Assembly (NCBI RefSeq): GCF_006345805.1
Contig: NC_042997.1
Span: forward strand, 176,142,001 to 176,206,000
Reading direction: 5' to 3'
DNA: 64,000 nucleotides
From: Octopus sinensis
Taxonomy: Eukaryota
This document shows positions 37,963-50,199 of the stretch, piece by piece; within the stretch, counting starts at the first letter, position 1, and each line of letters begins with the position of its first letter. Under the pieces are notes generated by a model. The model was not told the origin of the DNA. It made no database searches and was given only the letters and a program-made list of their open reading frames with translations. The translations under genes were made by a program, and so were the position numbers.

Positions 37963-38183
37963 CCCTTTCGTTATTACATTTATTTTGAGATGCTCTGTGT
38001 TTCTTTCAAATATTTTAAATATAACAAAGACTTTAGTAAAATAACTTAGTTATCATTAAACTAATGTTAGGAACATAAATTGTGACTAAGGTTTGGTGGA
38101 AGATTTTAATTCAAAACTTATGAAAGCAAAACATTTGTACTATAGAGCCAGAGGCAGTTTCAGCTGGGTTGGTATCAAAAGGA
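37963..38183. mobile_element. piggyBac-type MITE
   Basis: TTAA|CCCTTTCGTTA...GGTATCAAAAGGA|TTAA; TIR of the same type as 28975-30056. Confidence 0.8.
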
Positions 38184-38795
38184 TTAAGAGTAAATATTCA
38201 CAACTCAGCAATATATTTTTACAGTTACAATGTAAAATAGAATTTATAAAAATTGAACGAGTTTCTAAATAGTGAAAAGCAGTGAATTCTGAAGCTGCTG
38301 TAAGGCAATGTAAAATATTTCTTTTTCTTCTTTATATATAGGTTCTATAATGGTTCAACTTGTGCACCTGTAAACTGTTTTGTTTCAGTTATTTAATCAT
38401 CTCTTTGTTCTCAAAAATAAATAAATATATAATAACTAAATGATAAAAAAGAAAACATTCATATGTATGTATGTATGAGAATTTGTATGTATAAATGTCT
38501 ATTTATGTGTGTATGTATGTGTGCATGTGTATATGCATTAAATTTTTATATGCATATAATGTTTTTGTTTAAATAAAATGATTTTTATATTTCACCATAA
38601 AGAGTAAAATATCTTTTTTCATATAATAGTTTTACTGAAAATATATTAGTATGTTTTTACAAGGTGAGTTTTATACACACAACACAATAAAAAGGAGAGA
38701 GAGAGAGAGAGGGAAAAGATCACATATTACTTAAAGATTCTTGTATAGAAAATTGGTTTTCATGTGAAAAAAGTTTTAGTGAATAAATTTTATGT

Positions 38796-39133
38796 ATTTT
38801 GTGTTTATTGGGGAGAGTTATACTGCCTTAATGCCTTAATATGTAACACACACACTGGTTCAATTTCCATTCATTATTTATATTTTTTCTTGCAAAATTT
38901 TTGTTGCTTTAACAACCTTGTCAATAGATGTTGACTATCCATTATTGGAGCTGCATTCCTTGTTTCCAATAGGTATGTTCCATTAACAGACAGTTAACAT
39001 CCATTGACAAGGTTGCAAAAGCAATGAAAATTTTGCAAGAAAAAAATATAAACAATGAGTGGAAATTGAACCAGTGGGTGTGTTACATATTAAGGCATTA
39101 AGTCAGTATGACTCTCTTCAAACAACACAAAAT
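38796..39133. mobile_element. Fold-back element, ~140-bp arms
   Basis: 38796-38936 is an imperfect reverse complement of 38992-39133. Confidence 0.88.
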
Positions 39134-39496
39134 TTGCTTCCACTCATGAATTCACATAAAGAATCTTGCAAACCAAATTTTTAAAAAAATGAAATTTTAT
39201 GTATGTTGTAGTTTAAAATCAAATTTCACTGACCAAGTCCAATTTTTGCTATCATTCATCTTATCAAAGTTCAAGGTGTTCTTACATTATATTTAAAGAC
39301 CTTTTGTGTACTTATATGCAAAGGTACATGAAGCCCAGTTACAACTACAGCCGGCTATTACTAGTAAAGGTTTTAGTTGCCAATTTTGTACAAGACATTG
39401 TAGATCTTTAGCTGGGCTAAAAAGTCACGTTCGATCACAGCACCAGTAACAGTTAAGCTTCGTGCAATGGCCATACTCAATAACGAGGGGGCAGCC

Positions 39497-39548
<52 letters not shown>

Positions 39549-39803
39549 ATTTATATTCGTGTAACATCGTCCATTTTTCTGTCCTTGTTTCCTATACATT
39601 CGATCCTTTTTCTAAGAAATCTAATGCTCGTAGCTTAGTTTTTCCTTGGTGCTGGCCAGATTGGAGCAATCTCAAGATTAATCAGCCAAAATTGCGAGGA
39701 TGATTCGGTTCTTGACTGAAGATTAGAGGCTTCGAATGACCCATCCGTATTTTTTGTTTCGTCTATTTGAATGTTTTGTGTTCTTGTCCCTTTTGTATTT
39801 TTA

Positions 39804-39852
<49 letters not shown>

Positions 39853-39872
39853 TATATACACATATATATAAG

Positions 39873-40035
39873 AAAATAAGATGACAAAGTAATAAATGAT
39901 TATCTTATGAACTCCATTAGCTTACAAGTGTTTCTGCTATGAGATGCAACAGACTCATAGTTGAGCGCTTGAGAAACAGCTGTAAGCTAATGAAGGTCAT
40001 AAGATAATCATTTATTCTTTTTGTCATCTTATTTT
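39873..40035. mobile_element. Fold-back MITE
   Basis: AAAATAAGATGACAAAG..GATTATCTTATGA..CATTAGCTTACA pairs with TGTAAGCTAATG..TCATAAGATAATC..TTTGTCATCTTATTTT. A related remnant lies near 48000-48100. Confidence 0.85.
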
Positions 40036-41509
40036 TTTTTATTACCGCTCTCTACACAACTAACACTTTGTTCTAAAACATTTGTATATTGGGTTCTACA
40101 CTAGGTTATTGGTCTCACAATGGCTAAGCGAACTTATATATATATACACTAGCTGAGATATCTAACTTAACATGGGTTCTGAAATTTGGCTCTTTAGTAT
40201 GTGAGGGCAAAAAGAGGGAACCAGTCCAATAATAAACCTGCCTTCAAATATTAAAATCCTTCTTGCACAATACATGTATTACCAAATGAGGTAACTGGAG
40301 TTGTACTTTCAAACATAAAAGTTAACAATCTGATTAACAGAGCATAACACATGAATATTTTATGAGTATAAACACATTAAATGCAAAGCAAAGAATAAAT
40401 TATATTATGTTCTGCTTTCTCTAGATTACATCATTAGTTTATTGTTATAATTTATTTCAGCCTCACTCCATACCACCATCACTGCATATAGTATCATCAA
40501 CACTATGACCAAAATGTCTAGGATCACTCTCACCACCACCACTTCTAGTACCTCAATATTAGTGGATTCTCCTGTCAGGTTTCATATATGAAGGTTTAAC
40601 AGCTAATATTATAGCTGCTAGACTACCCACACAAATGATGTTAGCAGTGGCTTGTGTAGAACTAGCCACACATTTTGGAAATACTGATAGCAGAATGTTA
40701 GTGCAAATGTTTGCTACAAACTCAATGAACAATGCATTTCAGAGTTCTCCATCTTCTGAGGTAGTTGCTTTAGTCCAACCTATCCTAGTAGGCTAAATGT
40801 ACACTTGGGCACCAAACCAGACAATTCTAAGTCCTTGCACATGCCCTAATATTGCTACTCTACTAAATGAACTTGAAATTAAGTCCTCCCTTAAGAAGAG
40901 ACTTAACTATAAAAATTACATATCTAACATTAAAAAATCAAGGGAGATTCACAAAATATATTTTGGTTTGTAAGTTTAAATACAAAGTTTTAAAATTATC
41001 ACGGAATAAGCAAAGAAGAGATCTCAACATTCTAGTTTCCAATGGATAAACTCTGATTGTTCTATTGTCATAAGATAAAAATCAAAGAAGTAGCTAATTG
41101 TAATTTATTTTCTTTTTAATAGTTTAGTTAAATGAGATGAGATGGCAACCAAAATAATTTTTTGCAGGTTTTCTGAGAGTGGTGGAAAGAAACAGCCACC
41201 CTAGGTTATATTCTGCTTTCTCTAGATTACATCATTAGTTTAAGAAGTTCATTATAGATTTTATGAATTATCCTCAGATCACAGACCTGATCTTTATACT
41301 TGCAATAGTGGACACCATTAAAGGCAACCAAAGGCTGAGTGGTGGTGTTAAACCAGATTACTGGTTAAGTCTACCGCTAAAAGACTGGCACAATGTATCT
41401 GACAGTGTGTATAGCTTTTATCTACTTAGTTTCACTCACAGTTGATCCTTGAGAATGTTAAATAAAACAAATGAAAGGAAATTCATTTTTGCAGCTACGA
41501 ATCAAATTT

Positions 41510-41755
41510 CTTGCCAAATGGGATACATGATACCTGATTTCTTTGCCAAACAACTATATATCACCCTTTCTTTTTCTGATGGCTATATAATATACTTTCT
41601 TGCCAAGTAGGTGTATAATTTCTCACTTCCATGCCAAATAGGTATATAATATTACACTTGCATGCCAGATTGGTATAATATCCCACTTTGTTGCCAAATA
41701 GTTGTATGATATCCTGCTTCCTTGCCAGATAGGTATATATTATCCCACTTCTTTT
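41510..41755. repeat. Degenerate minisatellite, ~30-bp unit, about 8 copies
   Basis: Recurring (T/A)TGCCA(A/G)ATAGGT(A/G)TATAATAT.CCACTT. Confidence 0.75.
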
Positions 41756-42072
41756 GAATTAGGGAGCTGAAATATCAGTGAATAATTGAAAGTAGATTCC
41801 CTTTTGTAGTACTATAGACACAGCAATAATAAAAATTAGCTACTTTAGTTGAATCAAATTTCTTTTTATTCATTTATGCTTTTATACTCTTATTTTGGAG
41901 GTGTACTTGTCTGGCAAGTGATTTGAATGAGATAGTTTTATTGAAACTAAAACATTTACAGCATAGAAGACACAGAAACTCTTGACTTAAACATTTATTA
42001 TTGGTGTCCAAATTTTTGTTGATCATCTGCAACCTGGTCACTAACATGGTTCCACTGCAACATCAAATAATA

Positions 42073-42297
42073 TATTTCTTTACTGCCCACAAGGGGCTAA
42101 ACATAGAGGGGACAAATAAGCACAGACTAAGGGATTAAGTCAATTACACCGACCCCAGTGCGAAACTGGTACTTTATTTAATCGACCCCGAAAGGATGAA
42201 AGGCAAAGTCGACCTCGGCAGAATTTGAACTCAGAATGTAACGACAGACGAAATACAGCTACGCATTTCGCCCGTCGTGCTAACGTTTCTGCCAGCT
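42073..42297 (-). mobile_element. Meta-domain SINE (family B)
   Basis: Reverse complement of 31253-31483. Confidence 0.88.
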
Positions 42298-43115
42298 AAA
42301 CAGTTAACAGTTTTTGTCTGGTTTTGAATGACTAATTTGTGTCTTTTACATTGTAACAGTTTATGCTTTTACTTATACTTTTATTTATATATATTTTTAT
42401 ACTTTGACTTTTCTTCTTTATGGTTGTGGTGTTTCAATTCACCCTTTTTATCATACCAGAATAATTATATGCATTATGGTAAAGTATATCAAGTTAATCT
42501 GGAGTGTTAGTAGTGTTGACATTATTAATAGGAACTGATAAACTGATTGGAAAACACCAGTCACCGCTAATCCATTTGTAATCATATTTCTAACGAAATA
42601 TAACTGCTTTAATTGGTATTGGAAATAATCAGTAATTTGAAAGGATTTAATAAAATAACTAACTTCATCATTATTAAATAACTCATCTCTCTGACAAAAT
42701 GTTTGGCAAGTAGGCACCTATCACTAAGGATGCACAGTACACTGAAATCACATGATCTGACAGTTTCAGTGCTCATACCAGATGATTCTTGTCTGTTAAT
42801 GATATATGTATGTGTGCTCTTAATGTGGTGCATCTCTATGAAAGGTTCTCTCTGAACAAATACTGCAGTATTTGGCATTCTAACAATGCTTCTACATTGA
42901 GTAAGATATAAAGATTGCCATTAGAATTCTCTTCTTCCTCACAGCATAAACACTTATTCCACTATTTAAACCTTTTGTCATTAGTAAGCTTGTGGTTTAG
43001 GTTGTAGACTGGCAGAATTGTTAAAGTGTTATTTAGCTACAACACTTTATATTCTGAATTTGAATCCTTTGATGGCATCTTAGATTTTTATCCCGCTAAA
43101 GTAGATAAAATATAC

Positions 43116-43389
43116 CTGGGCATATGGCGTAGTGGTTAAGAGTGGGGGCTACTAACCCCAAGATTCTGAGTTCGATTCCAGGCAGTGACCTTGAATAATA
43201 ATAATAATAATATCGAAAAATACCTTAGGAATGAGAACCCAGGTTTGAAATTTCCCCAAGACACCTGACAAAGGCTGGAGGGTATATCAGCTGAAATGTT
43301 GTGTTAACAACAAACAAGATGAGTACAAATATCCATCAAATGTAAATAATGTACATAATTCCTCATCTCTTAAATATAGAACTGTGTCA
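43116..43389 (+). mobile_element. tRNA-derived SINE with a hammerhead-like 3' half
   Basis: A box TGGCGTAGTGG (43125-35), GGGG-CTACTAA-CCCC arm, B box GAGTTCGATTCC (43168-79), (AAT)n linker. AAAATATAC is duplicated at 43107-15 and 43390-98. Confidence 0.85.
43260..43305 (+). ncRNA. Mutated minimal type I hammerhead ribozyme motif
   Basis: GACAC-CUGACAA-A-GGCUG[GAGGGUAUAU]CAGCU-GAAA-UGUU-GUGUU: stem I GACAC/GUGUU, stem II GGCUG/CAGCU, palindromic minimal stem III. Confidence 0.6.
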
Positions 43390-43479
43390 AAAATATACAT
43401 TAAAAAAAAGACCAACAAATTACCAGTATGCAGACAAAATCATTGATGCACTCCAGTATAATCTTATTCTGTGGAATGG

Positions 43480-44070
43480 ACAAGATGGGTATTGTAGTCA
43501 GACAGTCCTGGCAACAACTATGCTCAAATGGTATTTTTACATGCCACCTACATGGGAGTCAGTCCGGCAGCACTGGCAACGACCATGCTCGAATGTTGTT
43601 TTTCACATGCCGCCGACACATGTGCCAGTAAGGCAATGCTGGCAACAATCATGCTTGGATGGAGCATTTTACATGCCACCAGCACGGGTGCCAGTCAGTG
43701 GCCCTGGCAGTGATCATGCCCAGATGGTGCTTTTAACGTTCCACTGGCACAAGTGCCAATCAGGCGGTACTGTCATTGGCCATGTCAGTGATTTTGATTT
43801 CACTTGCCACTACAGGTCTTCGCAAGCAAAGTTTATTGTCCAATAAACAAAGGGTACTCATAAGTGGGCTGGTTATATGCCACTGGCATAGGCCACGGGT
43901 TATGGTCTCACTTGGCTTGTCGGGTCTTCTCAAGCACAGCATATCTCCAAAGGTTTTGGTCACTAGTCATTGCCTCGGTGATGCCCAATGGTCGAAGGTT
44001 GTGCTTCACCACCTCATCCCAGGTCTTACTGGGTCTACCTCTTCCACAGGTTCCCTCAACTGCTAGAGTT
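43480..44070 (-). mobile_element. RTE LINE 3' end
   Basis: Modular GTGCCAC UTR plus the ORF2 C-terminal remnant (CTTCACCACCTCATCCCAGG). Confidence 0.8.
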
Positions 44071-45952
44071 CTTCTCTAGCACCTTTGTTTGAGAGAAGTA
44101 TGCTTACAATATAGCTTATTAACAAAAATATTTGATTCCTACTTTAAAATTATTATGCTTTCATATGTGAGCAACATAAACTGAAATTTGTGTCTACATT
44201 TAAAAAGAAAAATCTTTTAATGATACCATATGTTGATTCCATTCTTTGATACAAAGAGCCAATATTGTAAGAGATAGAACCAGTGCAAACAGCCAATGTT
44301 GTCAGAGAAAGGATTATATTCAATTGATTCAATCCCAGAATTGAATTGAACTGTAGTGATGGCTTAGAGTTCAGTGTAAGCCCTAATTCATAATTCAAAG
44401 TAGAATGATTACTAATCAAAGTCAGAGGATTTTTATACTGTTTACTAATTCAAATATTTATTTGCTTTAGATATAAAGGTTTAGCCATAACCTTTAAAAT
44501 AATCTTATGAAAGTGCAAATGGGGCAGTTTAGATGAAATTAATGTCATGGGCTTAATTCACCTAGAAATTTGTTTGGTGGTAAATTGTTGCACATTTAAG
44601 CACCAAGAGGATATCCATGTACAATAATAGATATCCATGTACAGTAAGGAATTTTGCTTGGATAGAGAAATAGAGGACTAATCTAGACAGATCAGCCAAT
44701 GTGTGTACGTGTGTGTAAAAGCGGTCAGCTTACAATAGAATTGGAAGAATGGTAAGTGGTAATTAGCTGAGTGAATTATAGAATTTTGAAATTGTAGCCA
44801 AAGTTATTGCAATCCTAATAATATATATTGATAATATACCTTAGAGAACTGGATCTAAATATTGAATTACTGATCTGTTCATTTCCAGTTGATGCCTGCA
44901 TCAGAAATATAACTTCAGAATATTGAACATGATGAAAACTGTTTGCTGTCTATGTGAATTATAGCTTCAAAATGCAGTGTGTGTGTGTGTGTGTCTGTGT
45001 TCCTACTATTGTTTTCTTATCTAAATGTAATATTGACTGAATTTAGCTTACACATCTTCACATTTATGTTCAAATCTGTCTGTCTCGGACACCTTTACTG
45101 TTTGGCCTTCCAAGGACCTACTGTTGTTTTGCTCCAGGTCAAGTCTTGTCAAACAGGTTTAAGATCAATGGCATTCCAAGCTGGACCACCTAGTATTTAA
45201 CTCAAACATAATGTACTTAGAGCTACATTATCCCATATATCTTTCTTTTTTAAGATGATAATGAATGAGGGCAATTCGTCTTTTATTTTTAGCAATTTGA
45301 GTGACCACTTAGAGGCTCCTGCAATATCTTGATAATTACTTGTTAATCAACTGAATCACTTCCCCAATAAATGTGACCTTATACCACGAATTTATTGGGA
45401 AAGGCAGTGAGCTGGCAGAATCATTAGTACAGTGGACAAAAATTCTTAGTAGCTTTCATTAGTCCTTCATTTTTGTAGGGTTTGTAAAAATAAGTACCAG
45501 TTATAATCTAAGATTGTTTCAATTGTTTTTGCCTTTAAAATATTCTGCTTTCTGCTTGATTAAAAGAAATAGTCTCTAACATGTACTCTTTTACTTTATC
45601 ATCGGGCCATGACCACACCAACTTGAAAGATTTAGTCAGTCATATTGACCCCATCACTTATTTTAAGTCAGTTATTTATCTAATCATTTTCTATTTGCCA
45701 AACCAGTAACTCACAGGACATGAGAGCTCCAGTTCTTAATCAATGCTAACACACATACACACACCAGGTTTCCATATTGTTTCCATCTACCAAATTTCAC
45801 TTGCAAGGTATTGGTTCATCTGAGCCTATAGTTGAAGATGCTTGTTCATGATGCAACACAGTGGGATTGAACCTGAAACAATGTGGTTACAAAGCTAATT
45901 TTTTAATCACACAGCCATATTCATACCTGTATGTATAAATAACATTGTGTAT

Positions 45953-46285
45953 AGGTGCATGGCTCAGTGATTAGAACGGTGGGCTCACAATCATGTGATA
46001 GTGAGTTTAATTCCTGGACCAGGCTGTGTATTGTGTTTTTGAACAAGACACTTTATTTCACATTGCTCCAGTTCACTCAGCTGTAGAAATGAGTTGTGAT
46101 GTCACTGGTGTCAAGCTGTATCAGCCTTTGTCTTTCCCTTGGATAATATTGGTGATATGGAGAGGGGAAGCTGGTATGCATGGGTGACTGTAAGTCTTTC
46201 ATAGACCTTGCCTGGACTTGTGCCTCAGAGGGGAACTTTCTAGATACAATCTCATGGTCATTCATGACTGAAGGGGATCTTTCAA
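45953..46285 (+). mobile_element. tRNA-derived SINE (family E)
   Basis: tRNA-like head and a body shared with 32418-32630. Confidence 0.75.
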
Positions 46286-46684
46286 TAAAAAATATTGCTT
46301 TATGTATTAGATTCACGTCTTTGAAAGTTTTTAAAAATATTTACATCCAGTTTTCTAGCATCAGTGATGTAACAACTATTTTTGGTTCCATATCATAAAT
46401 AAAAGAGTGTTTAAATTTTTTGGAACTCTGCTTTTTGTGTTTATTTAAAGGATTTCTGTTACTAAATTGAGCGTAAAAGAAACAACTAAAGTCTCCCAGT
46501 ATCTATCTATCTCTCTTTATCAATATATCTCTCTATCCATGTCTCTCTATCTGTATCTCTCTATCCATTTCTCTCTATCTCTATATCTATCTATTCCTCT
46601 GTATCTATCTGTCTATATCTTATCTATCTATATCTATCTTATTTGTTTGTCTAACTAGCTCTCTCTCTCTCTCTCTATCTATCT

Positions 46685-46685
46685 A

Positions 46686-46733
<48 letters not shown>

Positions 46734-47690
46734 TCACTCACTCTCTATTGTTTTCACTTTAAATTTTCAGATGCCATTGTTTCACTTTAAGTTCATTCGC
46801 TATTCTTTTCACTGTAAATTTTCAATCACTATTTACAAACAACAGACAAATTTCTGACAGAAAGTTCACAATTACTAATGAAAGTAATTTCATAATTTGC
46901 TAACAGAAGTAACTACAAAAATTTCACTTAAATCCATACACTTAGTTAATTTCCTTAAAAATTTCTTATTTACTTTTGCAACAGTTTTGTTTTGATTTTT
47001 TTCCTGTTGTTGATGGTTTTTTTTTCTGGTTCCTTCGATACTGGCTCTTTGGTTCACTGAGTGACAAATTTTACTTCAAACCGTACAATTCTTTATTTTC
47101 CAAAAAAATTTCTTATCTACTTTCTGCTTATCATATTAAGAAACATAATTTTTATTCATAAGTTATTTTCATTGTTTACTATCTTCTGCACTGGTGTATT
47201 TCTGTATACATATATAACCATGCATAGAAGAAAAGTCTCAAAATTGTCTACAATGTCAAGGTCAGCCAAAAGAATGTCCCTGTCCAGGGAAAGAGTGACA
47301 GCTGCAGAAAGGGAAGCATGCCAAGAAACGAACAGGCTGCACTACAAAACCCAGAGCATCTCAAAGTGATGAACAGAGGTATGCACGGCAGACAAGGAAC
47401 AGGATTTCCATTGTAGAACAAAGAGCAGTTGCAACAGCTCAGAGAAGCAATTTCTATGAAGTATCTTTCAATTATGATCCAACAGTTAGTTCATTATGCA
47501 GATGACACTAGAGTTTCCATTGGTGCAATGACAGAGTGCATTTATTGTAAAGTGAGGAAGTGGTCTGGAAAAACACCTGTACTGTGCTGCAGTGGTGGAA
47601 AGGTTAAACCCCCTGCAATCTCCCAACCTCTAAATCTGGCATTTTTAAATTTCATTATTTTCTTTAACCTGAGCAATGCCAGGTATTTCT
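46685..47690 (+). mobile_element. Helitron 5' fragment (RepHel N-terminus)
   Basis: Frameshifted YADDTRVSIGAMTECIYCKVRKWSGKTPVLCCSGGKVKPP (C-x2-C...CC-x2-GKV motif of Helitron RepHel), preceded by a basic/coiled segment from ATG ~47219. The 5' boundary is uncertain. Confidence 0.8.
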
Positions 47691-47955
47691 GCTAGGTATG
47701 CAGGTGACATGTAAAAAAAAAAAAAACATGATTTTTTTTCGTGGCTGTAGCCAGTACCACCTGATTGGCCCTCGTGCATGTAAAAGCGCCCACTACACTC
47801 TCGGAGTGGTTGGCGTTAGGAAGGGCATCCAGCTGTAGAAACTCTGCCAGATCAAGATTGGAGCCTGGTACAGCCATCTGGTTCGCCAACCCTCAGTCAA
47901 ATCGTCAAACCCATGCTAGCATGGAAAGCGGACATTAAACGATAATGATGATGCA
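47690..47955 (+). mobile_element. RTE LINE 3' end truncating the Helitron fragment
   Basis: Ends CCCATGCTAGCATGGAAAGCGGACATTAAACGATAATGATGATG. Confidence 0.8.
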
Positions 47956-48265
47956 ACCTTCATGTCTGAAGCTCCTATGAAGCTACAGGGTGACACTCAA
48001 GCATTCATCTATGAGTGCACTGCATCTCATTGCAGAAACAACTGCAAGCTAATGAAGTTCATAATGTAGTTGTTTATTCCTTTGTTGTTTAAATTTCTTA
48101 TTACCACTCTGTACTAACTGGCACTTTATTCTGAAGCACACATATATTGACTTCTTACAACAACAAGGTTATTAGTATCACATTGCCTAAGCAAAATATT
48201 AAAATACATACAACTTATATATATATATATATATATACACAACCAAAATATATACACAACCTGTA

Positions 48266-48321
<56 letters not shown>

Positions 48322-49559
48322 CACACATACACTATATATGTACAACCTGTGCATATATATAGTCAATTAAAACTAAAAATATAGTGCATATGGAAATTCT
48401 TTTATAAAACAAAATATAATGTTCAGTGTGATGGTGATTCTTTTATGGATTTCAAAAAAGAAAAAAAATTTAAATGCAGTAATTAGCTTTCTTTGCATTA
48501 ATTATTTTAGCAAAGGAAACAATGCCACTGAATTCACTATTGTGATAAAAATTCTTTTGATAATCTCAAAGAAATAAATAAATAGATGAAATAAAATAAA
48601 ATGAATAAATAAATAATTTTATTCCATGCGTAGTTTAAATGAACTGTTGAGAATTCGGTGCTTGTATGCTGAACAGAGTAGCATGTCAATCAATAGGTGT
48701 TCAATGTACCTGTATTTGTTCAGATCATAACCAGTAATAGTAGTAGTAGCAGCAACAGCAGTTGTAGTTGTTGTTACCACTGTTGCCTAATTAAGCTCTA
48801 TCAATAAGGCACACTTCTCTTAGAATGATTGCATTGATTTGTCTTCTAGTGAAAATGTGTTTAAACCAAGCCTAGTTATTGAAAACATTTTTTTCTTTCT
48901 TTTCCTTTGCCTTTTTAATATTAAAATAAGGCTCATCTTGAAAGGAAAGTAATTGAAAGAAAAGGCTAATGGAAAATAACTTGGTTAATTATAATTTAAA
49001 CACTGCTTTTGGTATCTTTTGTTATATTTGGGAGGGCTGAGGTAGAAAATAAAAATAGAAAACTGCCAAACAAACAAGCAAAAAAAAAAAGGTAATAGTT
49101 TTCTGTGTATGGATAGAATTAATTGAAAGTTGTAGTTGGTGTTAGTTAGACTGCATGTCAGTTCATCATCATGATCATTATCATGTGTCCATTTTTCCAT
49201 GTTGGCATGCATTGATTGGATGGATCTAACAGCATCTGGTTGAGGTCTGCATCATCTAGCGTACACAGCAAGAGAAAAATCACCCAACAGTGTTGTATGT
49301 ATCTTATAGTGTGGAGTGTGTGTATTTTAATGTCCCACTATCAGTGGAAATGTTATCAACAACAATACTACAGAGCTTATTCAATGATGTAATAGTTCTG
49401 GTTTAGAGTTGTTGGCTTTTTAGACAGATAACCTGCTATGCGACTTGTGAGGCCAACATCTTGTTCATATATTCTATTTTTTTTATATGGTTTCTATAGC
49501 TGGATGCCCTTCATATCAGCAACTACTTTACAGCACATCAGCCAGCCAGATACTTTCCC

Positions 49560-49990
49560 TGTGTCTTGGTGTCAGCTTGCAAAGACTCTCCAGTTCCCTC
49601 TGTGTTGTGCTGCATGCATACAATCATCGAGGCTTTTGTTTCCAGCCCATTCTTTGATATCAACTGTCTGCAAGTGTCTTTAACAGCCTCTTGCTCTCTT
49701 TCTTTCAAGATTTCTTACAAGAATAGCCATGGGTAGTGACTCATGACACATTGTATGTCCAAAAGATGATAGCTTTGTGGACTTGATTCTTGACATTAGG
49801 TGTCTTTTGACTTGTAGTTTAGCTTTTCTACTACTGCTTTATTTGTTACTACAGCATTTTTACCTTATCATGCTCAAGCTGTGAAAAAGATTCACGTCTC
49901 AAAAGCTTCTATCTTCATAGCTGTGAATATTGTTCAAGTGTCTACCCTGCAGAGGAAAATTTACTTAATACTATAGTTTATTAATAATAA
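49560..49990 (-). mobile_element. Degraded RTE-like ORF2 C-terminal fragment
   Basis: Minus frames give VVTNKAVVEKL and other remnants resembling the RTE C-terminus; many stops. Confidence 0.45.
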
Positions 49991-50025
49991 ATCTCTGAAT
50001 GGAGTATAAACAGTAGCTGCACAAC

Positions 50026-50199
50026 AATGTAAAGTATATTTGCCACTTAAACGTGGCTAACCACTAAAGGTGGATGCTACTGTAGCTTGTAGCCCCAGGG
50101 GAACATCTTCTCCAGCTGGCTGGAGATGTTCTCCTGGGGCTACAATATCATCCACCCTTAGTGGTTAGCCACATTTAAGTGGCAAATATACTTCACATT
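50026..50199. mobile_element. Fold-back element with a 2-nt loop
   Basis: AATGTAAAGTATATTTGCCACTTAA...CTCCAGC-TG-GCTGGAG...TTAAGTGGCAAATATACTTCACATT. Confidence 0.92.

Noticed and set aside
38342-38421. Candidate terminal exon (K-FYNGSTCAPVNCFVSVI*) with AATAAA at 38416
   Set aside because: Good acceptor, but the peptide does not complete a CUE domain and AATAAA is common at this AT content.
40579-40760. Open frame with AG/GT (FIYEGLTANIIAARLP...SSPSSE)
   Set aside because: Phase 1 start is incompatible with the CUE exon, and there is no recognisable homology.
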